Virus record (IMG/VR): IMGVR_UViG_3300042569_002502 | Length of the DNA stretch: 64,000 nt | DNA from: a virus | Taxonomy: Duplodnaviria; Heunggongvirae; Uroviricota; Caudoviricetes | Direction: 5' to 3' (one strand) | In this document: positions 1 through 9,578 of the stretch, one piece after another | How positions within the stretch are numbered: position 1 is the first letter of the stretch | Layout: the number at the start of each line of letters is the position of its first letter | Program-made: the position numbers and the translations under genes | The notes under the pieces: generated by a model | Databases searched by the model: none | The model's input: the letters and a program-made list of their open reading frames with translations, nothing else | What the model was told of the DNA's origin: nothing

Positions 1-65
1 TACTAGAGTTCTCGCTGGAAGATGAAAAAAATCCTCCTATAAAATTAATAAACTTCTTTATCATA

Positions 66-257
66 CTATTTTCCTCCTGTTATTTTTTTAATTGATGCCA
101 CTGTTGCCCCAAATAATGAAGCCACGAAAGCTATTAATAATTCTCTATTAGATGTAGGAATTTCTTTATCCATTAATGTATAAAAAATGCTTAAAGACAT
201 TATTATAACAATAAGACTCCCTGTAAAATTCATCCAGTTTATATTTTTGTTTTCCAT
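66..257 (-). CDS. small membrane protein with two predicted TM helices; holin-like candidate
   Basis: 63-aa ORF with ATG start. Two hydrophobic stretches (LIVIIMSLSIFYTLM and LLIAFVASLFGATVA) and a charged C-terminus. It is the last gene of the minus-strand block, downstream of the terminators at 591-712. Confidence 0.4.
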   Translation of the reverse strand: MENKNINWMNFTGSLIVIIMSLSIFYTLMDKEIPTSNRELLIAFVASLFGATVASIKKITGGK

Positions 258-258
258 A

Positions 259-570
259 TTATTTTTTAAAATTTGAATATAAGTTTGTAATATATTGTAA
301 TATGGCCCCTATAGATACTAATATACCCACGGTCCACATAATTTTATTTTTAAACTCTTTTGTTTTTTCCTGCTCTTTCTCTAAATGCTCTATTTTGGCT
401 TTTAATAAATTTATATCATTTATAAACCCACCTTCCTTTGTTAAGGGGTTCCCTAATATTGCATCAACCACTTGATTCAATTTTTTATCAATTGAATCAA
501 TTTTTTCTTCCATTTCTGTTAATCTTTGGTCCATGTTTGTAAATTCTAACTTAATTTGTTCAGAATCCAT
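259..570 (-). CDS. coiled-coil protein with C-terminal TM anchor (lysis-associated or membrane protein candidate)
   Basis: 103 aa. Heptad-like charged N-terminal two thirds, then a single hydrophobic helix (IMWTVGILVSIGAILQYITNLY). ATG start. Stop is 1 nt from the next gene's start. Confidence 0.45.
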   Translation of the reverse strand: MDSEQIKLEFTNMDQRLTEMEEKIDSIDKKLNQVVDAILGNPLTKEGGFINDINLLKAKIEHLEKEQEKTKEFKNKIMWTVGILVSIGAILQYITNLYSNFKK

Positions 571-590
571 TAGAGTTTAAATTAATATAA

Positions 591-617
591 GTTAATAAAA
601 GTTCCTGGGGAAGGAAC
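591..617 (-). terminator. hairpin (GTTCCT/AGGAAC, 5-nt loop) followed on the minus strand by UUUUAUU
   Basis: Perfect 6-bp inverted repeat at 601-606/612-617. Its minus-strand downstream flank (591-600) is T-rich. It is the second of two tandem hairpins after the 742..1155 gene. Confidence 0.4.
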
Positions 618-677
618 AAAGAGGGAGGCCAAAGATATGTAATAAATATATAATAGCCAAATTTATTTTTGTACAAG

Positions 678-712
678 CAAAAAATGGCCAGGAGCTCATT
701 TATACAAGCTCC
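678..712 (-). terminator. rho-independent terminator (GGAGCT/AGCTCC stem, then UGGCCAUUUUUUGC on minus strand)
   Basis: 6-bp GC-rich inverted repeat at 691-696/707-712. A T6 run lies immediately downstream in minus orientation (681-686 on plus). It sits 30 nt after the stop of the 742..1155 ORF. Confidence 0.5.
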
Positions 713-741
713 TAACCATTTACGCTTAAAAAGCTATTTAA

Positions 742-1155
742 TTATTCTTGATCTACAAGCTTCATAAAAACAGGGTATATTTCCTCTGTTTCAATGGAAC
801 TAAGATCTTCTATAGTTAAATTAGAACTCCACAAAGTGGAAGGATTTATTTCTATCTCAGAAGCCAAAACCTCTTTATATTCTTTGTTAAATTCTTCTAT
901 CTTTTCTGTAGGAATTACAACTTCCCCATCTTTTTCCTCTCCAAAACTTTTAAATAGTTCCTTTTGAGCATCTTCAAAAATCTTCACTTCTCCTTGTACT
1001 AATTTATTTAGTCTTTGGAAGTAAAGCTTATTCTTCATCGAAGTTTTTTGCTTTAAAAGTCCTTTAGAAAGCTCTTCTTGTACACCATCTTTAGTTATGA
1101 CCATACCATTCAACTCATAATTAAGTTGAAGTATCTCTTCCATTTTTAATTTCAT
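742..1155 (-). CDS. hypothetical acidic protein
   Basis: 137-aa ORF with ATG start and E/K-rich composition. No recognisable motif. Confidence 0.5.
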   Translation of the reverse strand: MKLKMEEILQLNYELNGMVITKDGVQEELSKGLLKQKTSMKNKLYFQRLNKLVQGEVKIFEDAQKELFKSFGEEKDGEVVIPTEKIEEFNKEYKEVLASEIEINPSTLWSSNLTIEDLSSIETEEIYPVFMKLVDQE

Positions 1156-1202
1156 TGGTTTAAAATTTTAGTTATTTTACAAAAATAAGTATAATTTTCT
1201 AA

Positions 1203-1598
1203 TTATACAGGAATTTCTGTTGTTGTGGTGGTAGTAGTGGTGGGAGACTCTGTAGTAGTGGTAGTAGTTGTTTCCCAAGGCAACGGTAACACTATCAACG
1301 GTGGATTAACTATAAGGTTTAATTGGTTATATAGAGGTGTATCAATCATAGTCATATTCATAGACTCTTCTAACCAACCACATATTTGTTCATATGTTAA
1401 TTCATCATACGGTATAAAGTTTTCAGGATCTGGCTGAGTAAAATCTTGAATTCCAGGTATTGTTACGCTATATTCTATGCCATCTTTTGTAGCACTAGCC
1501 TTTCTTATCCAGTTTACTTTGATTACAACATCTGTTAACTCACCCTCTTGTTGTTTACATTGCATCTGTTCTATGATCCATGTATAAGTTGTTTCCAT
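1203..1598 (-). CDS. hypothetical protein with poly-Thr C-terminal tail
   Basis: 131-aa ORF ending in TTTTTTTESPTTTTTTTTEIPV, encoded by the ACC/ACT-rich stretch at 1205-1270. Confidence 0.5.
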   Translation of the reverse strand: METTYTWIIEQMQCKQQEGELTDVVIKVNWIRKASATKDGIEYSVTIPGIQDFTQPDPENFIPYDELTYEQICGWLEESMNMTMIDTPLYNQLNLIVNPPLIVLPLPWETTTTTTTESPTTTTTTTTEIPV

Positions 1599-1609
1599 AT
1601 TTTATTCTT

Positions 1610-4027
1610 TTATTTGTTAAGATTATTAATAATTAATTTAAGCTCATTTATTTCTTTTTGTTGCTCTTTTATCGCTTCTATAAATAGCCCAGCAAAATTA
1701 CCATAGGTTACACTATAACTATCATTCATATCGTCATAGTTTACTAGCTCTGGCATTATCTCTTTAACTTCTTGAGCAATTACACCTGTTTGTGTTTTTT
1801 TCTTCGGATCATCAATTCTGTTAAAATAAACTCCTCTTAATTTAGTTACTTTTTCCAATGAACTATCTATTGTAACTATATTTTCTTTTTTTCTAACATC
1901 TGACGCCCAATCCACTACACCCGTTGCATATATATTTCCTTCAACATATAATCTATAAGAAGCTGATACAGTACCACTTGGGCCTATAGCAAAAGATCCA
2001 TAGGTTCTATTATGAAGCCAAACCCAACCACTACCGTTTTGTTGATATAAACCCCCATTACCATTTTCAAACATAAAATTATTCCAATATCCACTAGGAT
2101 CTATAATATTTAATCCACCATATCCGCCTTTATTATAGCCAAACATTTCCCATGTACCAAAACTAGCTGATGTACTACGTCTAAAATGACAAGCATAATC
2201 TTGATTATATAACCCAGTATCTCCATAAGACCTAAACCAGTTAGTTGAATATACAGCACCGAATGTAGGATTAGTTTTATCAAATCCTGATAAGTTAGTT
2301 GCGGTTGTTGCAGTACCAGCGTTACCTGTAACGTTAATACTCCAAGTTCCACTAGCTCCTCCACCTGTTAATGTTGGTGAGTATAATGTGTAGTTTCCGT
2401 CATGTAAAATAGCTCTCCAAGGATTAAAAGTTCCAGCATCACCATTTCTAGTTCTAAATGCAATAGAATTTCCTCCTCCACTATAAGTAGCATTTAACCA
2501 CATATCATAACTTCCACCAGCACTAAATCTAACAATAGGACCTGTAAATGGTGCATTAGCTGAATATGTAAAACCTGTAGCATTAACATCCATTGTATTA
2601 GCGTCAAGAGTAAAACCTTGATAATACATTATGTGAGAAGGTTTGCTTGACACGTTACCCCAAGCTACACCGCCTGCAGTTCCAGTAACATTTATTCCCC
2701 AGGTTCCATCAGCAACTCCTCGAATAGTATTTTTAACATGAGCTACCGAGGCTTTACGTGACCATCCATCACCATTAGAAACAAAAAAACTATTAATAGT
2801 AGGATTCTCACTTTCAGATATATTAAAGTTAATATAATTAGCATAAATATATCCACTAGCATCACGTTGTACAATATGATTTACATTAACACCTGTAGTA
2901 ATATTTGCTGCAGAGATATTACCAGATAATGTTCCACCAGTTAATGGTAAAGCATAGGAACTATAGTTACCTGCATCTAAAATAATATTACCTAAAGATG
3001 TAGGTCTACTCCTAACAAAATTTACAATACCAGTTTCACCAATACTAATAGCAGTTTTTGCTCCTGTAGCAAAAGAATCTGTTGTTGCAATATACATCTT
3101 TGTACCATAATTTCCACTTGATTGTACATAAATACCTGCTTGTGCTGTATTTCCAGACCAAGCCCAAGTAATTCCAGAAGCGTTGTCTGAGATACTACTT
3201 CCAGCAAAGCTTATACCATAGGTTCCAGTACCAGGTGTGGTAGTATTAATTGTTGTAGAAAAACTTGAAACAATACCTGTTGTTGTAGAAGTAGAAACTG
3301 ATGCTGCTGTACCACCAATACTTAAACTTGATGCTGTTCCTGTTAAACCTGTTCCAGCACCACTAAATGATGTAGCTGTTACTGTACCTGTTACATCTAG
3401 TTTAGTCGAAGGTGAAGTAGTACCTATACCTACGTTACCTGATGAGGTGATGCGCATACGTTCGGTATCACTAGTTCCAAAAGCTAATGCGGATGCTGCT
3501 GCATTCCATATATAAGCATTATCTCTTAAATTGACATTTGCAACACTATTACCTCCAACACCAACATACATATTAGCTGTTGAGTTAGCATTTGTAATAT
3601 TTACAGTTGAATAAGATGTTGTGCCGTCATTATTTATTCTAACCTTATCAACACCAGTACTACTTGTAGTTCCAATTAATAACCTTCCACTTGCATCTAA
3701 GGTCATTACTTGTGTAAAGCTGATAGCGTTACCTGCTGTGCCTGAAGGGGCGGTGAACCATTGATGTTCCTGATTAGCTATTCTGTATTGAGCAGATGCA
3801 GAACTTTGTAAATATTTCCAGCCACCACTATCATAATAAGCATTGTTTGATAATATCGCAAATTTACCACTTGTATTTCCTGTTGAAAAACTTGATAATG
3901 AAGCCCCATTATCTGCTAATTGAATAGCTTTGACTAATGTTCCATCCCACGCACTCGGAGTAACTCCTATACCTACATTACCACTTGGAACTAAAAGACC
4001 TTTCCTTGCTACAAACTCTTGTGCCAT
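1610..4027 (-). CDS. tail fiber/tailspike with C-terminal peptidase-S74 intramolecular chaperone domain
   Basis: 805 aa. The N-terminus carries the fiber motif GNVGIGTTSPSTKLDV, and the protein is long and Gly/Thr/Ser/Asn-rich. The last 97 aa (SDVRKKENIVTIDSSLEKVTKLRGVYFNRIDDP...GVIAQEVKEIMPELV...EAIKEQQKEINELKLI) match the endosialidase-type chaperone domain. The putative cleavage Ser-709 codon is at 1901-1903. Confidence 0.85.
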   Translation of the reverse strand: MAQEFVARKGLLVPSGNVGIGVTPSAWDGTLVKAIQLADNGASLSSFSTGNTSGKFAILSNNAYYDSGGWKYLQSSASAQYRIANQEHQWFTAPSGTAGNAISFTQVMTLDASGRLLIGTTSSTGVDKVRINNDGTTSYSTVNITNANSTANMYVGVGGNSVANVNLRDNAYIWNAAASALAFGTSDTERMRITSSGNVGIGTTSPSTKLDVTGTVTATSFSGAGTGLTGTASSLSIGGTAASVSTSTTTGIVSSFSTTINTTTPGTGTYGISFAGSSISDNASGITWAWSGNTAQAGIYVQSSGNYGTKMYIATTDSFATGAKTAISIGETGIVNFVRSRPTSLGNIILDAGNYSSYALPLTGGTLSGNISAANITTGVNVNHIVQRDASGYIYANYINFNISESENPTINSFFVSNGDGWSRKASVAHVKNTIRGVADGTWGINVTGTAGGVAWGNVSSKPSHIMYYQGFTLDANTMDVNATGFTYSANAPFTGPIVRFSAGGSYDMWLNATYSGGGNSIAFRTRNGDAGTFNPWRAILHDGNYTLYSPTLTGGGASGTWSINVTGNAGTATTATNLSGFDKTNPTFGAVYSTNWFRSYGDTGLYNQDYACHFRRSTSASFGTWEMFGYNKGGYGGLNIIDPSGYWNNFMFENGNGGLYQQNGSGWVWLHNRTYGSFAIGPSGTVSASYRLYVEGNIYATGVVDWASDVRKKENIVTIDSSLEKVTKLRGVYFNRIDDPKKKTQTGVIAQEVKEIMPELVNYDDMNDSYSVTYGNFAGLFIEAIKEQQKEINELKLIINNLNK

Positions 4028-4149
4028 TTTTTATCCTATTTTCACTATCCAATAGGTAAAGTTTTTAAATTGTTATATGAATGTTTTGCCACTCTGGTGT
4101 ATCTAATTCTGTAACATCAAATATCATAAACTGTCTACTCTCATATTAT

Positions 4150-4863
4150 TTACAGTCCAAATCTTCCTTTTAATGCATTATAATTTTGTGTTACTTCGGC
4201 TAATGTAAGCCCTTTTCCTTTATAAAATTTAAACAAAGAAATTATACCAGATAAAGATCTAGTTGTACCAATTGTTTGACCTCCAATTATAGGTACTCCT
4301 CCTGCTGCATAATACAATGATGCTGCACTAGTAGTAATCAGACTTTGAACTGTGTTTAAATATAGATAAAAATTTGTCCCTATTCTTGAAATAACAACAT
4401 GATTGAATCGTCCTGCTGTTAAAGTACCTATTGTAGCATCATTTAAAACACCCCAACTACCATTTGCAGAAGCCATAGAAAATGATAATTGATCTTGGTT
4501 TGTCCCTTTTACAGCTAAACTAAATGCACTAAAAGTATCACCATTACTTAATTGAAAATATCTACCATAAGCTTGACTAGTGCCAGTCCTTCTAAACCAG
4601 AATTCAATAGTAAAATCAGCAGCACCAACATTCCAAAGTGTTGAAGCTTGCAAAGTGACTCCATCATTAGTACCATCAAATACAATACCACCAGCATTAG
4701 CTGAAGTGTACGCAGGACCATTAACTAGTGTAGCATTTGTTTTATAAGGACTTAAATCATTCCATACTGTTCCTGTTCCTGAATAAGAATTAATATTAGC
4801 TGCATCCAAATACATAACTAATCCATCTGTTATAATATTATTTGCTCCTATTAAACTGCTCAT
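4150..4863 (-). CDS. LamG/concanavalin-A-like lectin domain protein (receptor-binding candidate), paralog 2
   Basis: 237 aa. Starts GLVMYLDAANINSYSGTGTVWNDLS...VFDGTNDGV and ends LQNYNALKGRFGL, which is laminin-G_3-like. Its start overlaps the stop of the upstream paralog by 4 nt. Confidence 0.65.
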   Translation of the reverse strand: MSSLIGANNIITDGLVMYLDAANINSYSGTGTVWNDLSPYKTNATLVNGPAYTSANAGGIVFDGTNDGVTLQASTLWNVGAADFTIEFWFRRTGTSQAYGRYFQLSNGDTFSAFSLAVKGTNQDQLSFSMASANGSWGVLNDATIGTLTAGRFNHVVISRIGTNFYLYLNTVQSLITTSAASLYYAAGGVPIIGGQTIGTTRSLSGIISLFKFYKGKGLTLAEVTQNYNALKGRFGL

Positions 4864-5564
4864 AATCCAAACCTACTTTTTAAAGCATTATAATTTTGTA
4901 GTACTTCTGATGCTGATAAAGCACGATTGTATAATTTTGCTATTGCTATTCTACCAGCATAAGCATTAGAAGCATTTGTAGCAGCACCTATTGTTGTCTC
5001 AGTTGTTGGTGCTACAAAAGATTGATTTGCTGTACTAACAGCCACTCCATTTAAGTATAAAGTGTTAATATTACCTGGTGCATTAGTGAAAACAGCGTGA
5101 TACCATGTATTTATAGCTACTGTTGTTGATACGACATTACAAGCCACACCACCAAAAAGTATTCCTAATAATGTTGTAGGTGTACTACACACTCCTGTAT
5201 AAAATCCATATCCATTTGCACCACTATTTCCATTATAAAATAATCTATAGTTTAATCCTGTACCTGTTTTATAAAACCAAATTTCCATAGTTATATTGGA
5301 AGTTTGTGTTAATAAAGCCGCTCCACTTTTTAATAACACAAAATCGTTTGTTCCATCAAACACAATACTGCCCCCATTAGAAGGATTAAATGTTGGTCCA
5401 TTTGTTAATGTGCCGTTACTATTGTAACCACTTAAATCAGTCCATGTTGTACCTGTACCAGGATAACTTTTAGTATTAGCTGCATCTAAATATAAAACAA
5501 GCCCATCTGTTACAATAGGTTTAACTCCATAAACTGTTTGTCCTTTAATTGTTATCCTACTCAT
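4860..5564 (-). CDS. LamG/concanavalin-A-like lectin domain protein, paralog 1
   Basis: 234 aa. Same architecture as the 4150..4863 ORF: GLVLYLDAANTKSYPGTGTTWTDLS...IVFDGTNDFV and a C-terminal LQNYNALKSRFGL. Its start overlaps the preceding fiber gene by 4 nt. Confidence 0.65.
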   Translation of the reverse strand: MSRITIKGQTVYGVKPIVTDGLVLYLDAANTKSYPGTGTTWTDLSGYNSNGTLTNGPTFNPSNGGSIVFDGTNDFVLLKSGAALLTQTSNITMEIWFYKTGTGLNYRLFYNGNSGANGYGFYTGVCSTPTTLLGILFGGVACNVVSTTVAINTWYHAVFTNAPGNINTLYLNGVAVSTANQSFVAPTTETTIGAATNASNAYAGRIAIAKLYNRALSASEVLQNYNALKSRFGL

Positions 5565-8500
5565 ATCACTCTTGCTCCTATTTTAATATTCCATGTACCA
5601 GAAGTAATTGTTGCTATTAATTGAACACTTGTTCCACTTATACTTACAGACCATGAAAGGCCTGCTGTTGTTGCTGTAAGGTCTGCAGTGGAAGTGTCTG
5701 TAAATTCAACCACATTAGCTGTTGGATTCCAAACTGCCATCACTGTTCCTGCTCTCCATCCATTATTAACTGTATTTGTAACTCTGTAATCAAAATATGC
5801 GGCTGTTCCAGTTGATTCATCTATTGAATAAGCTGTTGTAGGTGAAGCTGTTATACCTGTTAATGTAGCTGAATACATATACATTGCTCCATTAGCATTT
5901 ACAGCCATTAAAGGAAGTCCTGAAACATCATTCACTTGTAATAAATTACCAGTGGTTATATCTGAAACAGTAAATAATTGACCTGTAGACCCTTGAACTG
6001 TTAAAACTGTTGCTCCAACTGTTGAAGTGTAGAAATTAGAAGTACCATTAACATCTAATCTATATCCAGCATCTGTTGCAGTAGCAGTACTATTTTGTAA
6101 AACTAAGTTACCTGTTCCAAACAATGTCATGTGTTCGTTAGTGCTTCCCCACCCAGTATTAGTAGGCGCAACTTTAAAAATTAAAGGTCTACTTGTTACA
6201 GCACTATTGTCTACAGCTATTACATGTTTATTAGTAGCCCCCGTTCCTGCTAAATTATTACCGCCAATAATTAATAAATTACTATTGTTAGAACTTGTTT
6301 GTGATGTACTAAATTGGAAATTATATCCATATCCAGATGGGTTGCCGTTAGGAGAAAAACTTGCTGCAATACCATTACCTGATGTCGCTGCACCCACTTG
6401 AAAGTAATTTAAGCCAAAAGCATTGGCTGTGGTTAAATTAACAAATGATCCTAAATTTAATGTACTAGACACTCTAACAGCACCATTTACATCTAATTTA
6501 TAAGAAACTGATGGAATGGTTGTATTTATACCTACTGTTGAGCCATTATCATATATAAGACTATCACCTAAAGTTGTTGAACCTGTAAATTTTGGTACAA
6601 AATTAGTTGTACCTGTACCTGTGATAGGATTTGTAAGAACAGCTTGATATTGAGGAATATTTAATGTACTTCCAATTAATGTAGCAGCTCCACTTGTTCC
6701 TGTTGTAGTGAGAGTAATGGTGTTTTGCTTACTATTAAAAGTTGTCCAGTCAGCTGAAGATAAGGCACCTCTGTTTATTGCACTTGCTGTCGGTAGGTTA
6801 AAAGTGTGAGAAGAACCAACGGAGCTTATACCAAAATCAGCTCCACTTGTACCTACACCTAAAGTTTGTGCTGCTGTCGTCAATCCATTTATTGAGGAAA
6901 TACCGTTTGCAAATGTTGTTGTTACGCTTGATATATTTCCATTCTCCGTGTATAAAGTTACTGTTTTACCATTAGGATTAACTATTTGAATCTCAATTAC
7001 AATTCTATCTGTAAGAGCTAATGTAACTCCGCTTGGTATACTAACTCCTAATGTATATAGGTCTTTAGTAGCACCATTAGTTAATTCTTCAATGGTACCA
7101 CTACTAATTAGAGTGAGTGAGGCTCCATCCCATTTCTTAACAACAGCTTGAATGGTTGCGGGACTTGCACCAATACCAGCTACAGAGAAATAACATTCAA
7201 ATACCCAAATACCTCCAGGAACACTTAATTGATTAGGGTCTCCTATGTCAGTAATAAACGAAGCAATTGTTCCTATTGTACTGCTTGTAAAATTAGCAGA
7301 TGTTCCACTGGCAGATAATTTACTTAACTGATACATTGTTGTACCTGCTATACTACCTTGGGATGTGTTTCCATTTAAATAATATACACTACCTCCACCA
7401 CCACCACCCACTGTTGGGAATACACCTAGTGTCCCATCACCACGTACATATTGACTTGATAATCCTGCGCCTGTTACAACAATACTTCCTGAGGAAGTTA
7501 TTGGAGATAAAGACACTGTAAATGCTGAAGGCATTGTAAGCCCAACTGATGTAACTGTACCTACACTCCAGCTTCTATCTGCTGATAAGTCATAAGTAGT
7601 TCCATTAATTGTCAATGTTCTTGATGTAGGAACATAAGTAGATAGATCACTTGTTAATGCCAAAGTTCCTGTTGCTGAAGGGAATGTATATGAATATGGT
7701 AATGCAGTATTAAATAGTAGATTATGTGCTACTCCAAATCCCCCACCTGTTACATTAATAATTAAACCATTTGTTTGAGAACCTATTCCTGTATATCCAT
7801 TAGCTATGGGGAAAGTTCCATTCTTAATATTTATACCTAAATCAAAATTCTTTACTCCTGTTATTGTTTGAGTATTTGCCAAAGTAACATACCCACTTAA
7901 ATCTGGTGTATAATTTGGTATGTTAAATATACCTGTTAATGGATCATAAGTGGAAGCACCACTTGTACCAGTAGTAGTAAGACTAATAGCAGTTCTTGCT
8001 CTTGAATTTGTAAAATATAATTGAGAAGGTCTACCTGGAAGACTACCAGCTCCCTCAAATACATCTCCTGTTACAAGACTAACTGGTCCTGTATATCCAT
8101 TTACAGAACTCACTGCATCTGTATTATCCACTTTATCCCACGCAGTACCGTTGAATATAGCCCAATCCCCCACCTTCCAGTCTGTAATACCATCAAGATT
8201 TGTACTACCTGCTGCATTTACAACATAATAATATCCTTTTGTTCCTACACCTGAAGTTAATGTAGGGGTATTAGTATTTGCGTTCCAAATTCCTTGGTAA
8301 CTAACACTACCTAATAAAGCACTTATTTGATTCTGCACTTTACCAAAAGCTTGTAAAATAGTATCAGTGGAGACTATTGTTCCTCCACCTGTTAAATTAA
8401 GGCCTGTTAACACTTTACCTATAACAGCAGAATTAACTAAAGATGGATTTGGATATGTTCCACTAAGCTCACCACCTGCTGCAATTCCTGAAATTGTGGA

Positions 8501-9475
8501 AAGTTTATTATTAAAAGTGTTCCAATCTGAAAAAGATAAATATCCATCTGTAGCAATATCAGCCTTTGAAATAGACACTGTAACAGTGCCTAATAAATTA
8601 GATGCAGATATAGGTGCTGTTCCCACTACACTAGAAACACCTGCTACAATAGACCAGCTTCTATTGGCTGAAAGATCGTATGTAACACCATTAATAGTGA
8701 GTGTTCTACTTTCTGGAACAGGAACAAATCCTAATGCAGAAGTGATGTCCCCATAAACCACTGGAGTGGCTGATGTGACTAATCCTTTACCATTTACAGC
8801 GAATTTTAAGAAAGTATTGCTCCCATAAACATTAGTGTTTACAGTTTTTAATGTAAGTGTTACAGGGGATCCTGTAGATCCAGATCCTGTTACATCTCCC
8901 ACAAAGCTTAATGAGGCTGATGGAAGTGCTATTAATTGAGGAGTGATATTAGTTACAAGTCCTTTTGCATTTACGGTGATTACAGGTACTGATATATCAG
9001 ACCCATAAATACCAGGATTGGTGTTCACGGTAGATAGCGTAAATTGACTATTACCTGGGCCAGAAGCCACTCCATCACCATAAAGATCAGTAATATAGTC
9101 TCCAGCTGGTTGGTAAGTGGTGCTATCTAAAGATCCATCTCCTTTTACAAAATCAGAAGATGTTCCCCCAGTTGTAATAAATTTAGATGCTTCTAAAAAT
9201 CCTGTAAAAGATAATGTATAATTACCACCAATAGTGGTGTCTTGTAATAAAGATCCGCCTAATTGTACTATATTTCCTGGGGAAAGTTGATAAATACCGT
9301 TATTAAAAGCATAGCCTGCTGTAATATCACCAAACTTAGCATCTATTTTTTGTAGAGCATCCTCTAACGTGTCATTTGTATTTATAGAAGTGTATATTAA
9401 ATTAGCACCTTCGTAAAAAACGCAGGTGCTAGATAGTATCACTGGACACACTTCAGCAGAACAAGTAACGTTCAT
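5561..9475 (-). CDS. large repeat-containing tail fiber protein
   Basis: About 1304 aa from the ATG at 9475. The ORF-track start at 9508 is a TTG that lies inside a TAnnTTTG promoter box. Internal peptide repeats are present: SRTLTING(V/T)TYDLSA(N/D)RSWS occurs twice, VNTN..YGS..NAKGLVT occurs twice, and the fiber-type motif GNVGI-like/KLDVNG occurs. Composition is Gly/Thr/Ser/Asn-rich. Confidence 0.7.
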   Translation of the reverse strand: MNVTCSAEVCPVILSSTCVFYEGANLIYTSINTNDTLEDALQKIDAKFGDITAGYAFNNGIYQLSPGNIVQLGGSLLQDTTIGGNYTLSFTGFLEASKFITTGGTSSDFVKGDGSLDSTTYQPAGDYITDLYGDGVASGPGNSQFTLSTVNTNPGIYGSDISVPVITVNAKGLVTNITPQLIALPSASLSFVGDVTGSGSTGSPVTLTLKTVNTNVYGSNTFLKFAVNGKGLVTSATPVVYGDITSALGFVPVPESRTLTINGVTYDLSANRSWSIVAGVSSVVGTAPISASNLLGTVTVSISKADIATDGYLSFSDWNTFNNKLSTISGIAAGGELSGTYPNPSLVNSAVIGKVLTGLNLTGGGTIVSTDTILQAFGKVQNQISALLGSVSYQGIWNANTNTPTLTSGVGTKGYYYVVNAAGSTNLDGITDWKVGDWAIFNGTAWDKVDNTDAVSSVNGYTGPVSLVTGDVFEGAGSLPGRPSQLYFTNSRARTAISLTTTGTSGASTYDPLTGIFNIPNYTPDLSGYVTLANTQTITGVKNFDLGINIKNGTFPIANGYTGIGSQTNGLIINVTGGGFGVAHNLLFNTALPYSYTFPSATGTLALTSDLSTYVPTSRTLTINGTTYDLSADRSWSVGTVTSVGLTMPSAFTVSLSPITSSGSIVVTGAGLSSQYVRGDGTLGVFPTVGGGGGGSVYYLNGNTSQGSIAGTTMYQLSKLSASGTSANFTSSTIGTIASFITDIGDPNQLSVPGGIWVFECYFSVAGIGASPATIQAVVKKWDGASLTLISSGTIEELTNGATKDLYTLGVSIPSGVTLALTDRIVIEIQIVNPNGKTVTLYTENGNISSVTTTFANGISSINGLTTAAQTLGVGTSGADFGISSVGSSHTFNLPTASAINRGALSSADWTTFNSKQNTITLTTTGTSGAATLIGSTLNIPQYQAVLTNPITGTGTTNFVPKFTGSTTLGDSLIYDNGSTVGINTTIPSVSYKLDVNGAVRVSSTLNLGSFVNLTTANAFGLNYFQVGAATSGNGIAASFSPNGNPSGYGYNFQFSTSQTSSNNSNLLIIGGNNLAGTGATNKHVIAVDNSAVTSRPLIFKVAPTNTGWGSTNEHMTLFGTGNLVLQNSTATATDAGYRLDVNGTSNFYTSTVGATVLTVQGSTGQLFTVSDITTGNLLQVNDVSGLPLMAVNANGAMYMYSATLTGITASPTTAYSIDESTGTAAYFDYRVTNTVNNGWRAGTVMAVWNPTANVVEFTDTSTADLTATTAGLSWSVSISGTSVQLIATITSGTWNIKIGARVI

Positions 9476-9506
9476 AATTAAATATATTAAGGCGAGATTA
9501 AGATGC

Positions 9507-9514
9507 AAAGATAC
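9507..9514 (-). promoter_or_regulatory. Bacteroidetes-type -7 promoter element TATCTTTG (TAnnTTTG) upstream of the large fiber gene
   Basis: Exact TAnnTTTG on the minus strand, 32 nt upstream of the ATG at 9475, in the 70-nt gap after the 2150-aa gene. Confidence 0.3.
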
Positions 9515-9578
9515 CTTTTTCTCTTTATTATCAATACATTACATAAAATATTCAGATATAATATAGCAATACAACTCC

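Noticed and set aside
1225-1437. Plus-strand ORF MVVVVVGDSVVVVVVV and the many other plus-strand 60-150 aa ORFs inside the giant minus-strand genes (e.g. 2110-2364, 6129-6401, 8367-8756, 10627-10917, 18328-18768, 23809-24261, 35110-35445, 54735-55106)
   Set aside because: They are antisense shadows of long, uninterrupted minus-strand genes. They have low-complexity, Leu/Ser/Phe-biased translations and no independent start context. The poly-Val one is simply the antisense of the poly-Thr codons.
9476-9508. ORF-track start of the 1315-aa fiber at 9508
   Set aside because: It is a TTG codon that overlaps an exact TAnnTTTG promoter box. The ATG at 9475 is the more plausible initiator.
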